A stretch of DNA of 46,364 bases, filler included, from Jimgerdemannia flammicorona (Eukaryota): the NCBI GenBank assembly GCA_003990765.1. It is 2 parts of 2 records of this genome, joined end to end, with 100 filler letters (N's around TTAATTAATTAA, not from the genome) between each part and the next. Parts side by side here need not be neighbours in the genome. Positions count along the whole stretch, not along the records: positions 23,235 to 46,364 come from RBNJ01001155.1; 1 more part is not named here. The stretch is one strand, 5' to 3'. Numbering within the stretch: position 1 is the stretch's first letter; each line of letters begins with the position of its first letter. Below, piece after piece: positions 23,934-35,515 of the stretch. Position numbers and translations under genes: made by a program. The notes beneath the pieces were generated by a model. The model was given only the letters and a program-made list of their open reading frames with translations. It made no database searches and was not told the DNA's origin.

Positions 23934-26168
23934 CTACACATCGTCGTCATCCTCCACACTCTTCCCCGCCTTTCCAGACCCCACGACGACCTCAGGTTCT
24001 CTGCATTTGATAAACTCCACCACCATGTCCCCACAGCCACAAGACTCAAGAACCCCAACATAAAATGTACTCTGACAATCCATGGGAATTCTTCCTCGTC
24101 CAACGCCCAACTATACAGAGTCCCGCACAATGCCGGTCCGATGGCCCTCATTCCGCTAGCCATGCACTGCGCGAATCCGTTGATGGTTCCAAGAGTGCTG
24201 AGAGAAGATGCTGAATCGGAAACAAGGATCATGGAGCTGGTAAACACGATCACGCTGCACATGGTCTTGCCGGCCAGGCATACCATGAGTCCGGCCCAGA
24301 CGTAGGGGACATGGAGATGGCGCAGAAATCCCTGACTAAAGTAGAGTGGGATGTAGACGGCGAGCGCGAAGCGGAAGACGGCGAGGGTTCCCCAGCGACG
24401 CTGCAAAGGAGCAGCTGCATGACAAGAGTCATTATGCCGGCGGCGGAGAGGGAGATGCCGATGTCATTGGAGGTGAAGCCGAGACCGCCCTCGGAGGGTG
24501 GAGTTGCGGCCCAGATGGAGTAAAGCCCGTCGTACATGACGGTTTGGAAGCAGACGAGGATGTAAGCAGTAATGATAATGAGGACTGGGCGAGTCAGCAC
24601 TGAGCGGAAGGTCAGTTTGCTGGGTTTGGATTTCGGTTTGGATCGAAAAGCGGTGACAGTGATGGTGGTGGTGTTGAGTGTCGGGGTTGGGGAGGGGGGA
24701 AGGGTAGAGGACATGAATATGGATGGAGTTGAGAGGACAGGAAAGGTGTTGTATTCGGGGACGCCGGCGCCGGAGGGCGTGATTCCAGACATCATGGCCG
24801 TCGCTCTGCGACCTCGCCGCCTTCATCACTTTCATCCTCATTGTTCGAATCCCTGCTCTTCGTACCCAACGTCTCCTCCAGAAAAAAGATGCCAAACACC
24901 ACTCCAACAGTGCACAAACATGTGCCGGTGAAACATGGCAAAAAGTATGGGTTTGCCTCAAGCAAGGTCGTGATCCATCCTCTGCCGCCAAACACTGCGG
25001 GGTACTTTTCAACAGGGTGAGTGAGGAAGCCACCAAGGATGGGGCCGAAGATGGACCCTAGGCCGTACATGAGCGGAAGAAGGGAGAAGGCACGGGCGTG
25101 TTGGTTGGACGAATGATCAACTGTCAGCTCAGCGACCATGGACTTGAGAGCACCGATGTTGCCGTTCAGCAGGCCGCAAAGCGAGCGCAAGGCGAGCGCC
25201 CAGGTATATGAGTGTGATAAGCCAAAAAGGAGGATTGAAATGATCGTGCCAGTCATCCCGATGAGTATGATGGGCAACGACCTGCATATGGGTAGGTGGA
25301 TGGGTAGATGGATGGGTAGATGGATGGGTAGATGGATGGGTAGAGATGGGGATGGGTGAGTGAAAGGTATGAGGAGCTGTTTCGTTGAACAGATCATTGA
25401 GAGTCAAGGGAGAGAAACCTTACCGATTCGGTCTGATAGATATCCCATGGAAGACCTAGTTAATTGATGAGTCAAGAGGGAATTTTGGTAAGGGACGTCA
25501 GTTCCCGCTAAATCTAATTTGATAACTAAAATGATGTCTCAATTGAAGAAAATGAACCTAGCGATCTCTTCTCAAGGATTACAAATCACATTGTGACCCC
25601 CTTCTGATCCCTTGTTTATCTTTTCCATTCCACCTATACTATGATTTTGGTCGCATGATGCCACGAGATAAGTCCACCCACAACATCATTTTGGTCGTGT
25701 GATATCACGAGATAAGCATTGGTTTTGTGAATTGGGCGATGGCGAAACTCGACAAGATGTAACCGACGTAGAATCCAATCTTGTTGGGGTCATCAGTGAC
25801 GTTGTAGTCTCTCACCATCTGTGTGAAGATACATATGAGAAGGGGGAGGGGGTTATTAAACAATTAGATAGTACAAAAGCATGCCAATAAAATAAACTAA
25901 ATAAAATAAAATAAAAAAAACGTGCAAGCCGCAAGAAATACGGACAACGAGCGTTACTTACAAAGTAGACAAAGGGGAATAGGATGGTGAAGTAGACAGG
26001 TTCCTGGAATGAGGGGGTGGGTGGTTTCAGTGAACAGGCCATAGGGACGAAGGAGAGCTTGCGAAACGAAGTCACTCATGGTGGTTTATACATACAGCAA
26101 AGCGACAGACACAGAATGAACAACTGTCTCGTGGGAAAAGGTAGATGTTTTTTTCCGGCAGTTCCCAT
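23934..26168 (-). pseudogene. MFS transporter (DHA1/ZIFL-YCR023C-like), intron-containing and frameshifted
   Basis: Exons ~26168-26096, 26003-25962, 25818-~25727, ~25455-25424, ~25281-23934 with GT/AG. Motifs CRFA|EP, IGFYVG, W(G)YLSDRIGR, GLLNGNIG, GGLGF, LGTING. About six frameshifts. Confidence 0.85.
25288..25345. repeat. Intronic 12-bp minisatellite x ~5
   Basis: (atgggtagatgg)n next to the intron acceptor. Confidence 0.9.
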
Positions 26169-26493
26169 GGTTGGATTTTGGAGTGTATGTGGGTATGGAT
26201 GGCAGGGTATAGAAGACAGAAGATGTGAAGGGATCCCAAAGGGATAGCGCATTAAAGACGCATATTACTCGATTAGGCAATTACATATATATATATCATA
26301 CAATTACAGAATTCATTGTACACCCAACATCTTGTCCCCTTTCCCTTACACTCAATTATCTTCGCTATCATACAGTTTTACTCACACATTCATCATTAAA
26401 GCATAGTCATCATTACAACCACCAATAATTACAATAGTAACATATAAATACATATGTACAAAAAAAAAAAAAACTATACAAATTGCGCCGACC

Positions 26494-28035
26494 ATGACGC
26501 ACCCCTGCAACTCTTGCCAGGTCTGCCATACCGCAGGTGATGACTTCCCTGGACGACATTCTATCAGCTCAAATACGTACCCCTTATCTCATAACATGGA
26601 GGCTATCATGGCCGCCATCACAGCATATACTGAAGGGGACAATGACATTTTAACAACTCTTCTCCAACTCCATGAACATTGCAATATACTGTGACATTCA
26701 CCTGAACTCACTGCAAGCGCATCCACCAGACTACCATAGGTGGATTTCAACTGGGACACCTACATCGCCAAGCAAGACCAACTAATTGTCACTCTACACC
26801 GCCACCTCAAAAAAGCCCAAGCTCTACCTCTTCTGACCACTATCATCAACCTGGCATCTGACCCTGATTATCTCACTGACCCTGAATCTCTGGGCACTGC
26901 ACCAGTGGCGTCTGTGTCGCATCTGGCACCAATTTCAGTTTCGGGCATAGGTGTACCCACAATGCGAGTTTCAGGCATTCCTGTCTCAGATATTTTCATA
27001 CCTCAGTCACTGGAGCTTCCCACTTGGCAATCTTTATCTATAATGGTCCAGCCAGTCTTTTGGCCATCATTACCACCTGCTGCCTTTCCATTTCCAGTAT
27101 TGCCAGACCCTTCTGGTTTCCAGCACCCACCTACTGACATTCCACTTACTACCTACTCTGGCATCCCACCTCTATTTCTGGCATCCAGCTACTTTCCTTA
27201 TGTGGCAAGCTCTGTGAGACCTTCTACTACTATGACTATGCTACCCACCTCTATGGCTGCCCCGATACCCATAGGTGCAGTCCCAGGTGCATTCTTTTTT
27301 CCTTCTGCATATGATAGCCCCAACCTCACCAAGTACTTGAGTGTAAACCCCACTATGGTCTCTGCCATTCTCCACAATACTTTTCGACTATGAGATCTGG
27401 GAAAACTAGTTATTTGCTCCCCTTCGACCCTTGCTCCTCCTGATCCTCATTTTATTGAGGAGGTCAACTCTACCACCCTCACACATGTCTTACAGCCACG
27501 AGAAGTTGCCATGGTCAAGGATTTCCCCCATCTTCTTGTGCTACTTGGCCCTTTGTTACTATATTTCAGCATACTCTATGATGCATTTCCAGGCCTTACT
27601 GACCCAACAGCATTCTTTCACTATATCTCCAACCTTATCTACCTAAACAGCAATTATCAATGGGAGGCAATACTCGATTATCACATTGAGTTCCATACAT
27701 GACAGATACCTACCCCTCTCTCTCATATATCATATTTGGTATGGGCTACTCAGAATGGTGAACTTATGTCTTTGCACCTACTCTCTTGATCTCTGTGCTG
27801 TCTCACTGGGTCTGCCTCATCCATTGCTTGTTCACTGAGAATCTCTCCTCCATCACAACTACCTCGGTGCAACCAGTCTTATCAGTCATCAAATGTATGC
27901 TGTATATTTAACTATATCAATTGGAATGGTACTGTTGACCTCTCCTTAACTGGCTGTACCTACCAAAACTGTCCTTACCAACATCTATGCTCCCATTGCA
28001 CAAAACTATATGGCATATTTGAATGTACATTATAG
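26494..28035 (+). pseudogene. Ngaro ORF1 (gag-like)
   Basis: One frame through stops; Pro-rich middle, YQWEAILDYHIEFH, C-terminal Cys/His finger (CTYQNCPYQHLCSHC). Confidence 0.75.
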
Positions 28036-28149
28036 GATCCTGTGAGTAAATCAGTAGACCTCATTGTAGTTCCCCCTTCTACTCCATCAACAAGACCCCC
28101 TCTTTCTACTCCTTTAACATTACTTCCCCCTTGACCATCTAATACCTCC

Positions 28150-29720
28150 TTCTTCTTCCCTCTCACCACCCCCCTGATTTTGGCCAAAAACATCCTGGAC
28201 ATCTTCTCTCTTCCAAAAACCTCTCTTTGAGCTGATATATAGATATTGGTATTCCAGGACTTCCCTGACTACTACTTATTATCCACAATCTTACTTGCAT
28301 TATGTCAAGGTATTTATATTGGCTTCATGGGCATATACTATGCTCAAACATGTCGCAACTTACCTTCTGCACATGCCTTTCCTCAGATAATTTTAGATAA
28401 CATTACAACTGAAATTGCTGCAGGCCACATCACAGGCCCATTCTTCCACCCTCCTTTCCAAAACTTTCAGGCTTCCCTACTGGGCATGGTGCAAAGAAAG
28501 GTTCTGTCAAATAGCACTGCATTCACCACTTATTGTGGCCCTATGGCATGTCAGTCAATGATGGCATTTTACCTGACAATTTTACTCTTAAGTACACAGC
28601 CTTTGACCAGGTACTCAACATCATACAATGACTTGGTAGAGGGACCTTACTCTTCAAAATAGATCTGGTCAATGTTTTTTGATATATCTTGGTATATCCA
28701 GAAGACTGGGAACATCTTGGCTTTCATTGACACATCCTTTTCTACTTCAATCAGTTTCTCTCATTCAGCCTATGCTCATCACTATTTCTCTATAATGTGT
28801 TTGGGGAGATGCTGGAATGGCTGTTCAAGCACCATGGTCTGGAAGACATCGTCTGATATATTGATGATACACTGGGTGTCTGCCACTTCTCAGGCATCTG
28901 CTCTGCTGCAGCTCCTCCTATCAATCTGCCATACCATCAGTTTTTCAGTATGGGATGAGAAGATTGAAGGCCCCTTGATCTGTATCCCCTTTTTGGATAT
29001 TGATATTGATACCAATGACATGGAAGCATATCTTCCAGAGGGAAAAATCCAAGCCATCCTCACCATGATCTCCAGCTTCTGCAGTCATTCTAACCAAGCA
29101 ACTGTTATAAAACAGGAAATACTCTCACTCATTGATTCCCTCTCCTTTGCATGCTGCATTATTCTGTAAGGTCAACTCTTTCTCTACCACTTCATTGATA
29201 TTTTAACCTCTATCACTTACCCAGACCACTATATTAACTTATCAGCAGACTTTTTTGCTGATGGAATGGGGTTGCAATAATCACACCTTGGGAAGAAGTC
29301 ACCAATAACTGGTTTTAGACAGATGCCAGTAGCACTTTGAGCTTCACTGTCTTTTTTGATAGAACTTGGTTTGCTATCTCTTGGCCAGCAGAACTCCATT
29401 CTGAGGATATTCAATTTAAGGAATTATATGCTGTTGTGGTCCCACCACTACTTGGGGTCCATACTGGTGCTTTTGATGTATTTGCATATAGACAACCAAG
29501 CAGCAATATCATGTATTAACTCGAGTACCTCTCATAACTCCAAACTCCTCAAGCTACTATACTAACTGTTGTTTTTAGGTGCATTATATTCATTTTAGTT
29601 ACATGCATCATACATCTCCTCTCACCTCAATGTCATTGCTGATGTATTGTCCTGTCTTGATTTCTCCCACTTCCACACTCTTGCCCCTTATACAGATCAG
29701 ACCCCTACTATACCAGGCTC
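28150..29720 (+). pseudogene. Ngaro RT and RNase H
   Basis: GHITGPF..PPF, IHHLLWPYGMSVNDGI, FKIDL, YIDD ~28857, TDAS ~29318, IQFKELYAV, IDNQAA, NVIADVLS. Confidence 0.88.
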
Positions 29721-29729
29721 TCTCTCTAC

Positions 29730-30690
29730 TATGGTTTTCCACCTCTTGCTGCATTCTTCCTATGGCTCAGCCTGGCAGACTCTATACAACAGATATATTC
29801 CACCAGTTAATGCAGCTTCATCAACTTCTGTACTGCTAATAATCTCTACAACTCAGATGGTTCTCTTCTACCAGCCTCTGAACATTGTTTGATTCTATGG
29901 ATATCTACTCTGGCTCTCCAATATCTATACCCTGTTACCATCAAGATATACCTCTCTGTCATCTACTCTCTCCATATTGACATCAGTCTTCCTGACCCTC
30001 TGGATGGCTTGATTCAACTCCCCTGAGTCCTCTGGAGCATCAAATGCTAGCTCAGTGAACCTCTCTCTCAACCATGCCTCTCTATCTCTATCTCCATTTT
30101 GGTATGGATTCTTTCTTTTCTCGACCTCTCTATTGAAAACCACCTTAATTTTGCAGCAGCCATTATACTCACATATTTTGGATTCCTCTGGTCAGATGAA
30201 TTCACCTGGAGCTCTTCATTATTCAACCCTACTACCAACCTTACCTGCTCAGCTATATGGTTCATGCCCTCTATATACAAACCCTCCTATATCTCTCTGA
30301 CTATCCCTTCATCTAAAACTGATCCATTTCAAAGAGACACCACTCTCTATATTGCTTGAGTACCTACTAGTACCCTATGTACCATCTTTCTCCTCCAAGC
30401 TCTCTTTCTCTCCTTCCCTGCTCTGTCTGATTTACTACTTTTCTGATGTACTTGTGACACCCCATTTTCTTGTACTTGACTCTTATCTGGCCTACAGCCC
30501 CTCCTCACTACCATTGGGCTCTCAGAATTAATGTTTGCTGATCATAGTTTTCATATTAGAGCTGTCTCTGATGCTGCCAAAGTGGGGTTCTTAGACTATG
30601 AGATTCAAATTCTTGGACAATAGCATAGTGATACCTATCAACTATATATTTGGATGCCAAAATCCCACATACTTTACCTTACATTGGCTT
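29730..30690 (+). pseudogene. Ngaro tyrosine recombinase
   Basis: FGFLWSDEFT (FLRxGEF), SKTDPF, DHSFHIRA (GHSFRIGA), ILGQ*HSDTYQLYI (LGRWxSxAYxxYI). Confidence 0.88.
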
Positions 30691-30719
30691 TAGCATCATA
30701 TGTACCTGATACTCTCTGA

Positions 30720-31030
30720 TCATGATACAGAATTAGTTCATGATAATCTGCATAGGATGTGCTTACTAATATTTGATCCCAAGTGCAGGATTCTATGACC
30801 ATGATTAAGTCTTCACCACCATGATACGGAATTGGTCCATGATGATCTGCATAGGACATGCCTATTTCAGGCCTTATCCTTAGACTACATTAGTGCAGGA
30901 TTCTATGACCATGGTTTGGTATGGCCCACTATGATGTAGAATCAGTCCATGATAATTTGCATAGGACATACCTTATGAGGTGAGTTCCAAGACTATGGTA
31001 GTACAGAATTCTATGACTATGGTCTGGCAT
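30720..31030. repeat. Three ~100-110-bp tandem units in the Ngaro 3' region
   Basis: catgatac.gaatt.gt.catgat.atctgcatagga...gattctatgaccatg at ~30721, 30820, 30930. Confidence 0.85.
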
Positions 31031-31984
31031 TTACTCTTCAATCTATCTCTATTCTATTCTTTTACCCATGTAGGACTCTTACTTATAGGCATATATTTCA
31101 GGCAGATATAATGACTGTGAGATAAGTTCTAATCTCTTTGGGCTGGATTCTTTGGATCTGACCAATGCAATGCATTCAAGATAGAAACATTCCTCATGTA
31201 TGCATTTGTCCAAATACACAAACTTATACTCATCTAATTTGTTATCATATATGATTTAGTATAAGGGTGGTAGCCATGAGAGGACATGGGTTATTGAAGA
31301 AGTAAGACAGAGATTTAATGAAGGGATCCCAAAGGGATAGCATGTTAAAGATGCATATTACTTAATTAGGCAATTATATATATATATATCATATAATTAC
31401 AGAATTCATTGTATGCCCAACATCTTGTCCTCTTTCCCTTATGCTCAATTATCTTTGCTATCATATAGTTTTACTCCCACTCACCTCTCTATTCATATAC
31501 ATATTGTATGTTGGGTTCTTTGGAACTGACTGATGCAATACATTCAAGACAGAAACATTCCTCATACATATATTCACCCAAATACACAAACTTATACTCA
31601 TCTAATTCGTTATTATGTATGATTTAGTATAAGGGTGATAGTTATGAGAGAGCATGGATTATCAAAGGAGTAAGATGGGGATTTAAGTTGGAGTGAAATT
31701 GTTTCATTCAGGGAATTTTGTCATAAGAGTCATATCTCACACAGATTCCTTGGTAACTCAATGTACCTTGTTTGTTGTCACATATTTCTACAGATATATA
31801 CAGCTTTTATTCAATAAACAATATCCATGACCCTATTGCTTCTTGCCTCAATAGGATGGATGGGCCTTTTAGTCAAGGGGCATAATATACAGAACTCTCC
31901 CCACCATCCACCACTCTCTTCTCCTACTCTCTCCTCACCACTCTTCTCTCCACACCACTCTCCTCTCTCCCTACCCTCTTCCCA

Positions 31985-32760
31985 TAAGTACCTGATCACC
32001 CTCAAGTTCTGTGCCCTTGCCATTGCCAGCAGTCCTTCCCCCCCCTGACATTTTTTTGCTCTTGTCAATCCATGTCCATCCATAACACACATAGACTCAC
32101 TCTTAAGTGAAATAAAACTGCTACTAATCTCAACTGCCTAATTAAGGTTACTGCTATTAACTATGCCATTGAGGCCAATAAATTTGACATCAAAGGATTC
32201 CCTACAATCAAAGTATTCTAGCCAGAGTATAAGGAAGACAAAAAGAGCTCTATTAAGAAGTTCTCTGATAGGATATTCTTTTGATTTATAGGATTTGTTT
32301 GGCCTTATATTAATACTTGACAAATTTCATCTCAGAGTTTGTACAAAGCCAAAGCTATTGTTAATTATCTCTTTTTAATAATAATCTCTAATGAACAATT
32401 AGTCAAAAGTAGAATTGCTAGTAAGTTCTTCAAAAAGACTATCTCCATAGATGACTTTCTGGTATTTATTTTTACTTAGTTAGTCACTTACTCTAAACAG
32501 AATATAACCCTCCTGAAACCCCTCCTTTTCACCAATAAGCTCATAATACTGATATTATACAAGATACTTTTGGTAAACTTTAACAATTACATACTATTGG
32601 ATAAGGAGTATAATACAGATCTGACTATTATTAAGCAGTTCTATGCTAAAGGATTATCTATAATCATTGTTATTCTAGTTGATAGTGAGGGCATTGTATA
32701 TGATAGTAGGCAGAATTGAAAATGTTTCAAGAGAGATTTGAAAAAGAGGTCAAAAGAGAG
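31985..32760 (+). pseudogene. Heavily mutated PDI/thioredoxin-family (Mpd1-like) gene remnant with introns
   Basis: KFCAL..HCQ (EFYAPWCGHCQ), LTLK*NKTATNLNCLIKVTAIN, FDIKGFPTIKVF, KAKAIVNYL, KKTISIDDFL, LLFTNK..LYK; GT..AG intron at 32462-32500. Confidence 0.75.
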
Positions 32761-34058
32761 GAGGAGCAGAAGAAGGTTGTTTATTATTATCAAGAGTACA
32801 CAGTTGTAGTATTTTGAACAATCTCATTTGTCTCCAATCTTTCATTATAGTTAACTCAATAATTATTGAGATTACTTCTCAATCTGTACTTATAACCCAT
32901 TGTCTTTCTTTCTCTAATTCTGATAATACTTCTATCTCAATCTTACAACCAAATGATCTACTGATAGCTGCAGTACATATAACTACTTTTCTCTTACTCA
33001 TATTTCTCAATTGATATATATTTGATCTTAGCTCTATATATAGAAATAGTTAGAGTATATCATATAAAGAGTAATTAGTAATTAGTAGTTTGAGAAGATA
33101 GAGGATAGAAATGAGTTATTTAGTAGAGATAAGTAGTTGCATGAGTTCTTGATTGATCTTTACTAGATATTTAGATAGAGTAGTATAGAATAGATTTATT
33201 ACTATAAGTAGAAAAGTGAAATAAAGGTTAAATTAAATGAAACTGTATAAATAATAGAGAAAAATATTTTGAATTAGATTGAAAATTATAAACTATTTAT
33301 CATTATAAGTATATTGTTTTTCTCTTTTTCTCTTAAATGATAAAATAACTATATATTGATAAAACTATCATATTCTTAATATCTAATACTAAATGCAAAT
33401 TATGTTGAACTTTGATAAAAGCTGACTATTAAACTAAAATTTAGAATAGTCCTAAGCAGGAGAAGTATACTTGTAGATGAATCTCTATTCTTTAAATTAA
33501 TCAATAGAGTTTTATATAAAAGCATTCTCACATAGTAGTGTTTTGCCACTATACTATCAAAACAGACATCTGAAGCTATAAAGATTTAATATTAATAAGT
33601 AGAGATTCAATATAGAATTTATCTAGATAAAAGAGTATTTAATAGAGTTATTCATATAGACTATTGTAAAGAAATATCTAAAATATAGATAAGAGTTAGT
33701 CATAATACATAAGTGGAGTTTATTTTCTATTAGTGAATATTTTATAGATAACTTTTTATAAGTATATTTCTATTGAAATACTAATTTTCAAAATTATATA
33801 TTGAAATAGTGACTTCAGAATGATAACATCAGTATAGGAGACAGTCTTTCCTTACAAGCCACCAGATTAGAGTATAAGAAGATTATATGGCATGACTCAC
33901 CCAGACTATAAGATGAGCAATAATGACCAACTGTGAGTTATTAGGACTATAAGACAGACATCTTGAGGAATATAAAAGAAGAATTAAGGAAATACAGTAG
34001 TAGCAACTTAATAAGACCCACTAATCCTGAAATAGCTCAAAGACTTACTACAAACAAA

Positions 34059-34883
34059 ATGCCTGCTGCTTGCTAAATCTCAAGGTCAAGGAATCATCAA
34101 GGCCCCTTAGTTCAGAAAAGAATATTCCAAGATATCTGAAGAGTTATAAGAACCTATACTACAAGGACTTCTAGTGTCAACCTAGGTACTAGTGACCCTT
34201 ATCATTATATTCTCTACTGTCATGAGATGGAAACAAGAATCACTATTGCTACTGAATACCTCCAGATGTGGCAAGAATATGAAATAAGAAATCTCCTCTA
34301 CCAGAAATTCCCTCAAACCAGCTCTTAAGGCTACAAGATACCACTCTTATAGATACATATATATGAAATAAGGACAGCCAAAAAGATTCATCAGATCTTC
34401 AGGCATACACTATGGTTGATCTCCAACTTGGAGTATACCAGAGTCTCAGACTTCAGAGATCTGTCAGCCTACTGTATCAATGTACTAGAAGCCATAGTAG
34501 CTACAGAAGTCCAGTCTACTATCACCCTCAATAGTGATGAGATAGAAGAGTTCTGGTATCCCATCCTCCAGGATAATCCAGATCAATTCCTGCAAGGATT
34601 GATCTCAGTATTCCAAGGCCCAAGCATTCAGGTTAGATCTCCCCAAGACTCCACATTTGTTCCTTATTTTGTGGAAGAGAATCTCATAGACTAGAGAGCC
34701 CCTGATCTCCTTGCTCTCCCTACTACCAAATGTGATGATGTCACTGGCAATGATGTCATCCTGCATGATATATGTGAAATGCATGATGAAGTATATGAAA
34801 CAGATGAAATATTCGCAGACCTCATCTCCTTTGAGGACAGTGATGAGGATGAAGCCCCCATGGTCCTGAACTTTCTGCTCTGA
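34059..34883 (+). pseudogene. U3-encoded ORF, copy 4
   Basis: MPAAC... to MVLNFLL*; includes track 34416..34694. Confidence 0.7.
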
Positions 34884-35515
34884 GTTCTTAGTGATACCGA
34901 ATTCTGCCAGCATCCTTTTCCTATATGACAGTTAATCCTTCCACTGATATTCTGATCTTGTGTGACTCAGAATTCTTCTAGCATCCTTTTCCTGTATTAT
35001 TGAAATTCTACCAGCACCCTGAACTTGTACAACTATCTGTACCAATACTGGAATCTATACTGGCAACTGTAGTTTTCTGTGTTCTAGTATTTTATTTGAT
35101 TATTGGAATTTATATTTAGCTTTATATCTTAGCAACTATTGAATTATATTTTGTATAAATACCCCTCTTATTTCCTTTGAAATAAAGTCAGTTCCTCTCA
35201 GTATAATACATACAATTCCTTGCAAGCAATCTAAAGAGATAATAAGACAGTTTAAAGATAAGAAGTTTGAGGACTATAAGATCTTGGAAAGGTACTTCAA
35301 TAAGAACTTGCTTATAACAAACTTGAGTTAGTCTAAGAGATATACCTTGAAGAGAATCTGATGTATTTGAAGGACTCAGCAACCACTATGTGATAACTTA
35401 GTATCTATTGGCTGGTGATTCAAGATGAATCCCTTACTTTCAAGCTAAAAAATGAACAACTACCACAACAAATACCCTGACTACAAGAGTCACCCCTGTA
35501 AGAATTTAAGATAAG

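Larger units (their letters stand above)
26226..31686 (+). mobile_element. Ngaro-type tyrosine-recombinase (DIRS order) retrotransposon
   Basis: Split direct repeats A1 26226-26383, B1 ~31142-31318, A2 31319-31476, B2 ~31510-31686; gag, RT/RH, YR in order; no TSD. Confidence 0.92.

Noticed and set aside
25282..25407. PIHL/RWMG/THPS peptide repeats in track ORFs
   Set aside because: Translations of an intronic 12-bp minisatellite.
32800..33801. Possible transposase remnant in AT-rich DNA flanking E2 (also 41671-42650 and 21444-22400)
   Set aside because: Too degenerate; no motif I can support.
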